64,000 nucleotides of DNA, from the NCBI RefSeq assembly GCF_026210795.1, contig NC_089431.1, positions 2,852,001 to 2,916,000 of the forward strand. Direction: 5' to 3'. Source of the stretch: Rhizophagus irregularis (taxonomy: Eukaryota). The notes beneath the pieces are model-generated. The model saw only the letters and a list, made by a program, of their open reading frames with translations, was not told the DNA's origin and made no database searches. Position numbers and translations under genes: made by a program. Shown here one piece after another: positions 1 to 10,934 of the stretch (its first letter is position 1; each line of letters begins with the position of its first letter).

Positions 1-2
1 AG

Positions 3-194
3 AGTGGAGTAAAGACGGCAATTAACTTTGAAATATGGATCAATTTGGTCCGTACAGGCAAGCTGATTAGTTATGACGAAGAATTAAAAACTCAAGAAAG
101 AAATAGGGAAAACAAGAGGATTAAAATTGAAATTATTAAGGAATATTTTGATATTTCAGGGGTTAATTTTGACGAGATGGTTGGTAATGAGTAG
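3..194 (+). CDS. 3' end of a hypothetical gene, paralog of the 4978-6505 gene
   Basis: Frame 3 reads SGVKTAINFEIWINLVRTGKLISY...KIEIIKEYFD..*, matching NFEIWLNLVRTGQIADY...KLNIIKEYFD at the C-terminus of ORF 4978..5622. The gene runs off the window start. Confidence 0.7.
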   Translation, partial: SGVKTAINFEIWINLVRTGKLISYDEELKTQERNRENKRIKIEIIKEYFDISGVNFDEMVGNE

Positions 195-459
195 GTATTT
201 ATAAATTAACATTATAAGTAATTTAGTAATTTTACATGAATAAAAGGCTAAATAATATGCAATCTTTTATTGTTTGCGCATTCTAACATTTGCTAAATAA
301 ACTTGCTATAATTGCTATCGTTTACTATCATAAATAAATAAATAAATAAATCAATTTGTGGCTTAGCCTATTTTTACATGAAAAAAACTCCGATATGTTA
401 TTTATGTATACGTTTTTATGTATTTATTTAAAAACGTTTTTTTTTTAATACATTTATTA

Positions 460-2165
460 TTTACATCAATTTGTTGTTAATGGTTTGGAACATTGTTCCA
501 GTTGGTTCGATATTTTGTTAAACGCTTCATCAGATATAGAATGGAGTACTTTTACATGTAAAAGACGTAGTCCTTGAATTAATTTATCTAAAAAATTAAA
601 TGTTAATTAATGATCTAGTTTAAAATTTTAAATTTATAATATTAAACATACCGTCCCATATTTTATTCTCTTTTTCTGCTGTTATTTCAAATTCCTCAAA
701 ACCATCATACTCTTCAGAAGTACCACTTTCTGTCTCTGAATTATCATTATCATAATTATCAATGATCTTAAAAGGTCCATAATCATAATCATCAAGAATT
801 TGATCATCGCTAAAATAATTGTAATTATTAGGAAAATGTAAGTTATATTTTTTATTATAAATAATCGATCAATTACCTTTTAGATGTATCTTCTAACACT
901 GAAGGAAATGGAACATCAAAGCTTTGATTATTACTGTCACTAAAGTCATATTATAACAACAATTAGTAAATTAGTAAAAGTAATTTTTACTTTTAGCAAT
1001 GACAGTACGATATATTAGCTAATATTTTAGGAGGTATAATGATAATTTTAATTATTCGTAGATAAAGTAAAAAAATTGACTATGCTGATTTTAAATAAGG
1101 GCAATTTTAACAAATAAGGGAAGGTTTTCACTTTGACAATCTCAATTTAGTGTAGCGAGAGGTCCCTGACAATAGGAGAAATAATGGTAAGACAACAGTA
1201 AAACAAAAATTTTAAAAAACTTTCGTCCATTGATGAAACTTACCGAAAGTTCATCATTCCAAAAATATGCTTTTCTTTCATATTTAACGCTATACAACTG
1301 TTTTTGCAAGTATCATATTTTTGCGGTTTAAAAGGAATTATGTTATTGATTTTTTTTTCAACTTATAAATTGTTAAATTAGAATTAATATTATCGAGTAT
1401 TTTGTTAAATGCAATATCGGATATCGAATGAAGTACTTTTGTATGTAAAAGGCGTAAGCCTTTGATCAATTCGTCTAAAATAAATAAAAAAAAGTAATTA
1501 AAAATTGTAATCACAATTATCGATGTAATATTAAATATATACCATCGTTTATGTCTTCTATGTCATTAAATTAATTGTCCATTTCTGTAAATTCATCATT
1601 CTCTTCAGAAACATCACTTTCAGTTTCCATATCTTCTACTTTATCATTTTCATCATTATCAAGACTTGGATTATCATCACAATCATAATCTTGATTTGGA
1701 TTGTTATTATTACCATTATCTTCATCAAGACTTGAATTATCATTATCACCATTATAATTTTCGTTATAATTGTTATAATCTTGACTTGGATTGTCATTGT
1801 CACCATTATAATCTTCTTGACTTGGATTATTATTATCGTCTTCATTATCAAGACTACTTTGATGAATAATATAATTAGCAAAAAGTAAAATTTACTTTTT
1901 GTTATAATTTCATTAATTACCTCTCATTATCTGAAAGACTATTCACCGAATTTATATCCGATTTATCTAATTCATCAAACTTTCTTTTTTCAGCTACATT
2001 ATAACTTGAAATTGATTCACTACTGCTTTCTGTTTCTGATTCATTAATTTTTTCAATACATGCTTTTTCTTTTTCTTGATGTTTTTTAAAAGTTTTTTTG
2101 GTAGACAACCACTTTCCACCACCAGGATTTATTTTACAGGTACGGCAAGAGCAAAAATATTGCAT
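460..2165 (-). pseudogene. Truncated Tnp2/Transposase_21-like (CACTA) transposase N-terminus, partly duplicated
   Basis: Exon MQYFCSCRTC...TFKKH is followed by an acidic repeat exon (about 1543-1870) and exon ELIKGLRLLHTKVLHSISDIAFNKIL..(frameshift)..PQKYDTCKNSCIAL. The D-x-C-x-N-x-C motif is typical of Tnp2. A second copy, KLIQGLRLLHVKVLHSISDEAFNKI, lies at about 510-590. No catalytic core is present. Confidence 0.55.
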
Positions 2166-2779
2166 TATTATAAGAGCTGTAAATTAGAAGTTTTTTTTTC
2201 ACATCACATTATGTAACGATATCTTAAATCTATATAATTAAAAAAAAGATTGTGAGACATGTAAACGTTTAGATTACCTCGTATTTGTACTAATCCTAAT
2301 AAGTAAAATAGATCACTAATGTATTTATTATTTTGAGACAAATTTTTTTGTGACGAATCGCTAAACAATTGTAACATTCACACGATTCATTAATATTTGC
2401 ATAAATTATATATAACATTACTCTATTTATCTTTTATATGATAATGACAATAAAAACCTAGACCTATTCACATGACAAATAAGGCATAATTACTTTCTTA
2501 GTTTATGATAATAACAGTAAAAAACTAGACCTATTCACATTGCAAATAAGGCATATCATTACTTTCTTAATTTGATGGCCAGCTTCCATTCCCGGACAGG
2601 GCTGCGCTAGTATCATCTGAAAAAAAAATTTTTTATTTTGGGGTACACATGCTAATGATCTTATGCACCCTGTTTTCATCACAAATAAATACACAATTGT
2701 TTTAACTTTTTAACTAGCGTGTAAATATTTTTATTATTTTTGAAAAAAGAGTAAAATGAGTGGTGAGTTTTTTTGTATA

Positions 2780-3600
2780 AAGGGTTTTAACCTTCTTTGA
2801 TAAGGTTTTTTATATTGCTCTTTTTCATTTATGTCGCTGTTGCCTTTTTAATAAAGGTTTTTAACCTTCGTTGATAAGGTTTTTTATGTTGCCTTTTTTG
2901 ATAAAGGTTTTTTATGCCGCCTTTTTTGATAAAGGTTTTTATGTCGCGTTTTCTTTTTATGTTGCCTTTTTTTGATAAAGGTTTTTTATGCCACCTTTTT
3001 TGATAAAGGTTTTTTATGTTGCCTTTTTTGATAAAGGTTTTTTATGCCGCCTTTTTTGATAAAGGTTTTTATGTCGCGTTTTCTTTTTATGTTGCCTTTT
3101 TTTGATAAAGGTTTTTTATGCCACCTTTTTTGATAAAGGTTTTTTATGTTGCCTTTTTTGATAAAGGTTTTTTATGCCACCTTTTTTGATAAAGGTTTTT
3201 TATGTCGCCTTTTTCTGATAAAGGTTTTTTATGTCGCCTTTTTTGATAAAGGTTTTTGATGTCGCCTTTTTTGATAAAGGTTTTTTATGTCGCCTTTTTC
3301 TGATAAAGGTTTTTATGTCGCGTTTTCTTTTTATGTTGCCTTTTTTTGATAAAGGTTTTTTATGCCACCTTTTTTGATAAAGGTTTTTTATGTTGCCTTT
3401 TTTGATAAAGGTTTTTTATGCCACCTTTTTTGATAAAGGTTTTTTATGTTGCCTTTTTTGATAAAGGTTTTTTATGCCACCTTTTTTGATAAAGGTTTTT
3501 TATGTCGCCTTTTTCTGATAAAGGTTTTTATGTCGCCTTTTTCTGATAAAGGTTTTTATGTCGCCTTTTTCTGATAAAGGCTTTTTATGATGCCTTTCTT
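2780..3600. repeat. Minisatellite with a ~30-bp unit TTTTTTGATAAAGGTTTTTTATG(T/C)(C/T)(G/A)CC
   Basis: About 25 directly visible tandem copies, with a recurring variant (ATGTCGCGTTTTCTTTTTATGTTGCC) that forms a higher-order pattern. Confidence 0.95.
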
Positions 3601-3711
3601 TTCTCATTTACACTTAAGAATCTTGCCACCCCGACACTTGCGCGCTGTTTCTTGGCGGAAGTAATCTTGAGGATCTTAAATCCTCAGCATTAGAAGATTT
3701 GATTAAAAAAA

Positions 3712-4566
3712 ATGATGAGATTCCACAAAATTTTGTTCATGTGGTAAAAAAAAAAAGATGAGTATGTATAAACTTATTAATAATGGTTTAAAATTTTAAA
3801 TTTTTAATGAACTAATGGAGAATTTTAAACTTTTTAGTTATGGGTTTATACATTTTAATAATGTACAAGAAAAAGACAATTTCTTTTACAGTGTAAGAGG
3901 AGCTAAATTTAAAATTGAAGAGGAGAAAAATATTACTGTTAAATTTCAACCTATCAAGAGAAAGAGTAACGAATCTCTTCATAGCGAATACCGTAATAAA
4001 CCTGTAATTTGATAATTTTTTAAGAAATATCAAAGCATAAGTTATTAAGTTATTATTATTAAAGTATTTATTAACTTATAGGGTTCTACTTGGCAACCAT
4101 ATTATAACCTTTATGATGATAGGTAACGTTCTCATTTTAATTTTAATATATAAATTAAAAAATTTACTGATAGTTTACTTTTAATATTCATTATATAGTT
4201 CCCATTTCATCATTGTTCTTTGCCTTCCTTCTATTACAAATAAGGACGAAATCAAATTATTCACGGAAGGCGAAGAAAATATAATAATTTCCGGAGAATA
4301 TAAAGAACTCGATTTTGCAGGAAGCATTTTAAAAAAATCGATACCGGTCGGCGATTTCGAATATGTTATAACATTACCATCAAAGTAAGTTGTTAAATTA
4401 ATAAATTATATATTTATTATTATGCATATCCACTAACTTTTATTGATATGATAGAATTGAATTAACTAGTAAAGTAAAAATAGAAAAAATAGAAAATTCA
4501 AATATGTTTAAATTTGTAATAAAAAAATCACAAGAAAATAAACGAATAAAGCTTGATGTTGAATAA
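3712..4566 (+). CDS. Spliced hypothetical gene (cargo of the CMC-like element), possibly degenerate
   Basis: ORF 3815..4012 (YGFIHF..., weakly RRM-like) plus downstream segments bounded by GT..AG introns with CTAAC-like branch points. The exact exon structure is uncertain. Confidence 0.35.
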
Positions 4567-4977
4567 TCGTTATTTGGTTGCACAATGATATCCTGAATTG
4601 CCATAATTTCGAAAAATTTCATAATACCGATACTTCATAAGCCTGAAAGGCAAAATCCCGAAATGAATAATCCCAAAAAGACTTATTATTAGTTAAAAGA
4701 AAAAAAACTATAATTTATTATTGATAGCGAACAAGTACCATAATATATGAAGATTATTGTAATACGTGTATATTATTTTCAATCAAAAAAATTATACAAA
4801 AAGTAAAATTTTCTTTTTGATAAATGTAATAAAGCGAATTTAGCAAATTTAACAAATTTTTTATTTAAACATATTGCATTATTAGCATTATAATGAATAC
4901 TACAAATTGTTTCTTTTACATCTAAAATACAAATTTCTACATTATTATTATACAAATTTCTACATTATTATTATTTA

Positions 4978-6505
4978 TTATTCATCGTCATCATCAGTAA
5001 TAAAATCCTTTAGATTTTTTTCATCGACTTCATCAAAATATTCTTTAATAATATTAAGCTTTACTTCTTTCATGAACTTCTTTCCTTCTTCGCACATACT
5101 TGTACCATTTTTGTAATCAGCTATCTGTCCCGTCCTTACCAAATTAAGCCAAATTTCAAAATTGGCGGCAGAATTCATTGAACTCTTAAAAAAACACGCG
5201 CTTAATTCTTCAAAAGAATCAATTAAACGCCAGTCTTCATTTGAAAGTAAGAGTAATCGGTATATTCTCGGTGCCCGCTGTAACATTAAACTCATATTTT
5301 GCAAAGAAATTTGTGGAAAATATTTGACAACAATTGATTTTGCTTGTGATCTTGCCGTCTCGCTTTTACTTCGACTTAGATTTAACGCACAAAATGCTTG
5401 AAGTCGTGTATACGCCTTAAACACCTCAACATGGAATCTTAATTCCTTCCTTCTGGACATTTCTTTGTTAATTTGTTCCTTTACTTCACCATTAACAGAT
5501 TGATAAATATTTTCGGCTAATTTTTTTGCAATATATTTGAAATTAACCGAAAAATTATCTCCTTGTTGAACCTTAATTGGTACTTTAGTAACCAATTCCA
5601 AACTACCTCCAACTTGATTCAAATTTACACTCTAAGTCCCTTTAAAGAATTTGAATTCTTGGTTATTTTGAGAAATGATCTTTAAATGGTCTAGTAAGGC
5701 TTTACGATAAATCTCTTTTTTTGGAAATATGATCTTATCACGCATAGGAGGTTCTTGAGGAAGTCTCAAGAATAAACCTAATAAGATATGTAAATCTTTG
5801 CCAACATTAATAGCGCTGGGACAAATTTCTTTAATTTTTTTCTTCTGAAAATAATCAGCGTACTGATTTGAACGTAATATTAATGTACTCTCAGAATCAA
5901 CGACTGATATGGTGCCTTCAGAGATGTTAAATGTAACACTTAAGACTCCATGTTGTTTCATATTATCTAAATAATGAAACAATACATCGATAAAGTTGGT
6001 TCCAAATTTATTGATCTCTCGTTCCATCTCTCTTGAATCTTCTGCGAAAATATCAAATATTTATTACGCGGGCAGGAATAATAAAATTTAATAAAACGTC
6101 AATAATAATTTTAATTGCAAACCTGTTTCTTGAGGTGATGACTTAGTCTTGACTCTTTTGTCTGAATTATTAAATTATTTTCATTATTATCATTTGCTTA
6201 AAAAAAGTAACATAAATTAAAGTGGTATTGTATTGACTTACATTTTTTATTATTTACTTGCGAATTTTCCTCCTGTTCAGTAGTTACTCGAGATGATGAT
6301 TCATGATCATATTGTTGAGACGATGTTTCTATTAAAGTAAAAAAAAATCGTAAATAGAAATCATAGAATATCTAATTAGTTAACTTTGCAAACCTGTTTC
6401 AGGATGTTCTTCAGACTGAGCAGAAGTATTATTAAATTGAAAAGGTAAAATAGCTGTTTTTAGTAGGTGAATATTTCGTATTTTTACTGGTTTTGAGAAG
6501 TCCAT
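4978..6505 (-). pseudogene. Multi-exon hypothetical gene with an in-frame stop at 5632-5634
   Basis: ORFs 5632..6027 and 4978..5622 are in the same frame, separated by TAG. Small upstream exons run to an ATG at about 6505. It contains RAPRIYRLL..WRLIDSF, which resembles the repeated helical domain of the island proteins. Confidence 0.6.
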
Positions 6506-7023
6506 ATTTTTTTTCAAATTGCAATAAAATTGGTAAAAGAAATTCGGTAATTTGAAAAAAAAGAGAAACCAAAAAAACGAAATTTTAAATATTTTTCATA
6601 AAATTTTTTTAATCGTAATACGTAATTCGACTTTTTTAAAAAAAAAATCTGAAATAAAAAATCGAACTACATCAGATAAAAAAAAAAAAATTATCTAATT
6701 ACGTTGGCATTTTTATTTTTATTTTAAGAATATATTTAGTATATTTTTTGCCGATCGATTTTAATATCGAAATATTTCATACTTAAATTATTGGTAAATT
6801 AATTTTAAGGATATTTTGCATATCCAATAAGAATATTTTAAATATCCATTAATATTACAATTCAAAAGTTCAGTATATTTTTTGTATAATTTAAAATAAT
6901 TTATTATTATAAAATTCTATTTAAATAAACCGTCTGTTCAATTTTTAGTATATTTTAAGAATATTATCACTGTATAAGGATATTTTAACCATAAAACTAG
7001 AACATTTTAAGGATGTGGACTTT

Positions 7024-7281
7024 TTATAGGGCTGGTGTTTGCCCATCCCGAAACATTTTATCCATCTTCTTTTGATGATAATTTGCTTTCGAATGGCATT
7101 TACTTATATGCCAATTACAATACCCATATTTTGATGCTGTCGGTCTTATACACCCATCTTGTTTGCATAGAGATCGCTGGCGTCTTTTCCAGTGAATACT
7201 ACACCCTTCTGGTCGCGTACTTCCACCTCCACAAACAATCCCTTCATCGGAGAGATACTGGCAAATATATTTGGCTCCCAT
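7024..7281 (-). CDS. Small Cys/His zinc-finger protein, C-terminus clipped by the neighbouring transposon end
   Basis: Two C-C-C-H modules (CQY..CGGGSTRPEGCSIH; CKQDGC..YCNWH). The stop codon lies inside the TTTTTATAGGG terminus. Confidence 0.6.
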   Translation of the reverse strand: MGAKYICQYLSDEGIVCGGGSTRPEGCSIHWKRRQRSLCKQDGCIRPTASKYGYCNWHISKCHSKANYHQKKMDKMFRDGQTPAL

Positions 7282-7405
7282 TTGATATTATTCCGGTTAA
7301 TCTTTACTGTCTATAATAATATTTATTTTTATTTTAAACTTTTTTACAAGGGTATTATATACCAAATCCCAGGTATACTAAATAACATATCCGAAAATTT
7401 TTACT

Positions 7406-10400
7406 ATGACCGAACATTCCGAGCTTTCAGAGTTCCTCGATGCGCCCTCCGCCCCGTACTATTGTGGGTTTAAACTTTCCAATATAGGTGCATTTCTATA
7501 TAAAATTCGCGATGATAGTATTAGACTGAGACATTTTTTAGGTGCAGACAATGCGGATGAAATAGAAGCCATACTCTCAGATCGCGAAGGTCATTCTTTG
7601 CACGAAATCATCGATGCTGATGAACCACTCCGCCCCATTATAGATTTTGACTTACTAGTAGAAGCATTAAATGCTATTACCCCCAAGCTTTCAAGCGGTC
7701 AGGCAAAAAATTTACTTTGTCGCGCCTTTAGAGATACTTGCCTAGAAATATTCCCAGAATGGGATAAAGAAACTATGTCTATTGCTGAAAGTAGTGATGA
7801 GAAAAAAATATCTCTACATGTCTTAACTTTCGGCATGAGACTTCCAAATATCGCTAAGGTTTCAGCTTTCACCAAACTTGTTCGCAAGAAACTTCCAGCA
7901 GGATTACAGAAAAAAGGGATAATTGATAATATAACAAATATAGGTTCTTTCAAATCTTTCTCCTTACGAATACTTGGAACGCCCAAATACGATAAAAAAA
8001 CAGACAAACATGTTCGTATAAAAAAAGTTATTCGTCCAAAAGATGGATCCATCTTTGACTTTATGATTCGTCCACCCAATGATGATTCTAGAGTCATTGA
8101 CAGTCCTCTTTTGGTTGTTCCAGAGTCAGAAGTTAACAGATGTTTGAAGAAAAATAATGATACAAATAATGAAATTACCCAGGCTGATTTCGATTTTGTG
8201 GAATCGTTACGTGGGGGAAACGGTATCGAAGGGTATACTCTCTCATTCCCCTCAGATAACATTCCAGACTTGTTTCCATTAACTCGCAACTCCCCATCAC
8301 ACTGCCCAATATGTGATCGGGAACATGAAAGTGATAACGGATATATCTTACGAAATAAAAAAACATATAGATTTTATTGTCATCGTGCAAACCACGAAAG
8401 AGAACCTGGAACTAGAAATCCCTCAGTAAAGCTTACCATTAGTGAAACTGCTTTGCAACAGGAACAAAAGCTTCCGAGTCCTATAAAATTAGACCAATCC
8501 AGAATTTCTGACCCAAATGACCGTTTTGTATGGGAAGATTTAATTGATATGTGTACCTCTGGGCGAAAATTTTCTCGTAATGAGATTTATGACGCAATTC
8601 AGGCAACAGTCACCTGTATTCAAACGACATCAAGATTATGGGTACTCAAGACAGAAAATACAAATGGTGGGCTTTATTTTGATATGGCGCCAAAACTAGA
8701 TCTTGCCAAGTATGAAGTTAACTTAGTTGAGCTAGGAGGAGAGCCGGTGAAGTTAATTAATTTAATAGATCGGGCGGTTACCAAAGGTCTAATTCTTTAC
8801 CACAATATTAATTTTCTTCCATATCCGCTAAATACTCCAGCTTATGATACAAAGTTCTTTAATCTTTTCATAGGATTTTAGCTAAGCCAGCGCCAGAAAT
8901 TAATAAAGAAATTATGGATCCGATTCTCTGGCATGTGAAGAACGTAATCTGTAGTGAAGATGAAAGGCTTAACGAATATATCTGGAACTGGTGGGCATAT
9001 TTAGTTCAGAAGCCAGAGAAGAAACCCCGAACTATCTTAGTTCTTAAATTTACATTACAACAGTGCGGGAAAAATATCATCACTGATTTTATTGGTGACA
9101 AAGTCTTGGGGTCACACCTCCATTTTGCAACGTCAGATCTGGAGAAAATTCTTGGGCATTTTAATAGTGCCATCCAAACTCGAAAGCTTATTGTTATGAA
9201 TGAGACTGGGATGTCTAGTGGGGAATGGCATAGATTTAACGGGCATCTCAAATCACTCATAACAGAACGAATGGTAGCTATAGAACGCAAAGGCCTTGAA
9301 ACTGTACGAATAAATGATTATGCTGGGTATATGGTTACAAGCAATCAGGATGCCCGCTCAAAATAGATATAGGGGATTCTCATATAGTCTGTTTTGATGT
9401 CTCTGCGTGCTGTAGAGGCAATATACCATATTTTGACCGGCTAGGTGAAATTCTAGACCATCCTGATGTACCAGGAGTAGTAATGTCATACCTTCTTAGC
9501 CGTAACTTAACAAATTGGAGTCCAGGAAAAATTCCTACAACTAAAATGAAGATAGAAACAATGCGAAGACAACTTCCTAATCCTATTCGATTTATAATTG
9601 ATTATATTCTACCTTGGCCTGAAAATTGTATTAATAGGTTTAGTTGTAAAAAGGTATACCAGGATTATCTTGAATGGTGTGAGTGTAATGGAGAGAAGCC
9701 ATTGGCTAAGAAGGATGCTAGAACTAAATTTTTACTAATTAGTATTGATCAGACACGTTCACGAGATAATGGAGTAAGAGTATATCAGTATATACTTGAC
9801 CGCCCCAAGATCGTAGCCAAGCTCTATGAATCTGGCTTAGGTGATATGGAAGAATTTTCTGATATATCTCAAGACGACTTGCCCGAAAATGAGATTACAG
9901 ACATACCTATATTCAATGTGCCAGAAACGGTCCTAGAGGGACCAACTATTCCCCAGAAAATAACCCCACCTCAACCGGAAGAGAATCTCCCTCCAAGGGG
10001 TAAGAAAGCGGATAAACAGGACAATTCGACCCAAGTTCTCTTTGACTATGAGGCAGAACAAGCTGAACTCCCAGGTGCTTCAACATCTAGGACATCCGAG
10101 ACTTCTAAACCACCTGAGCCAGTAATCGATAAGTCTGAAGTTAATAAGCTTTCCAAAACTAACGAACCCATAAGTAAAAACACGAATACGCCCCCTAAAG
10201 AAACAACTAGCAAGCTTCCCGATTTTTCTAAGCCTATCAATGAAGTATCGTCTGCCATACTTCTATCAAGAGCCCAGCGCGAAGAGCGTCTCAGAAAAAA
10301 GGCAGTCGAACTCGGCGAGAATCCAGATGCCTTCGTGACTATCACTGAAAAAAACCGACTCGATTCCATTGCATTCCGTGATAGGATGGAAACTGATTCA

Positions 10401-10597
10401 CGAATATGTGATTGGGCTATAGAGACTGAAGAAGATCCCAAAGAATATATGGACATGAAAGTACGGGAAAGATTAATAGGAGAAGAAATAATTCGTCGTA
10501 GTGCGAGGATGATGGAGTTACATCCTCCTGGCTTGATACCGATGAGAAATGGAAAAAAACGGTAAGCATACTCCAGGAGAATGGTATGCTTTGGTAA
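7406..10597 (+). pseudogene. AEP (PrimPol-type) primase - Zn finger - D5-like SF3 helicase fusion, frameshifted
   Basis: AEP motifs HEII..RPIIDFD and KKISLH. Zn finger CPICDREH.SDN..FYC. Walker A QQCGKN, Walker B LIVMNE, sensor MVTSN. D5 C-terminal winged helix VYQDYLEWCECNGEKP. Frameshifts at about 8878 (T-run), 9355 and 10503 join ORFs 7406..8881, 8914..9366 and 9483..10565. Confidence 0.85.
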
Positions 10598-10934
10598 AGA
10601 GTGAATAAGAGTGGGTTAATTAATATTAGTAAGGATGGGACTTTCGTTCTTTACAACTAAGCGATATATTATTCCAAATTATTATTATATTTTTTTTTAT
10701 CATATCTACCCACAATTTTCAAATATATATAAAAGATATCCCGGCCGGAGCAGGTGGCTCAAAGAGACCTCCCATAAGTTATATATTTTTTCCCTTTCTC
10801 TAACCCTTCGATAGTTTTTACCGACCATGGGGTAGTGAAATTACGGAATATTTTTCGAATTGAACTTTTCCCACATAATATAATCTGAATACCACAGATT
10901 ATCTAATTACTACATATAATCTACATACCACATA

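Larger units (their letters stand above)
1..7031. mobile_element. Right-hand part of a large CMC/EnSpm(CACTA)-like DNA transposon
   Basis: It ends in ...TTTTTATAGGG at 7031, the same terminus type as the 35881-36391 MITE, and composition changes abruptly there. It contains Tnp2-like remnants and a tandem array. The left end lies outside the window. Confidence 0.5.

Noticed and set aside
1636..1881. Ile/Met-rich and His/Tyr-rich ORFs
   Set aside because: Alternative frames of an Asp/Asn-rich repeat exon.
2780..3600. CRISPR-like array
   Set aside because: The units are contiguous with no unique spacers, there are no cas genes and the context is eukaryotic. It is a minisatellite.
7699..10456. 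Minus-strand ORFs 7699..8289, 9006..9290 and 10046..10456
   Set aside because: Antisense shadows of the primase-helicase gene.
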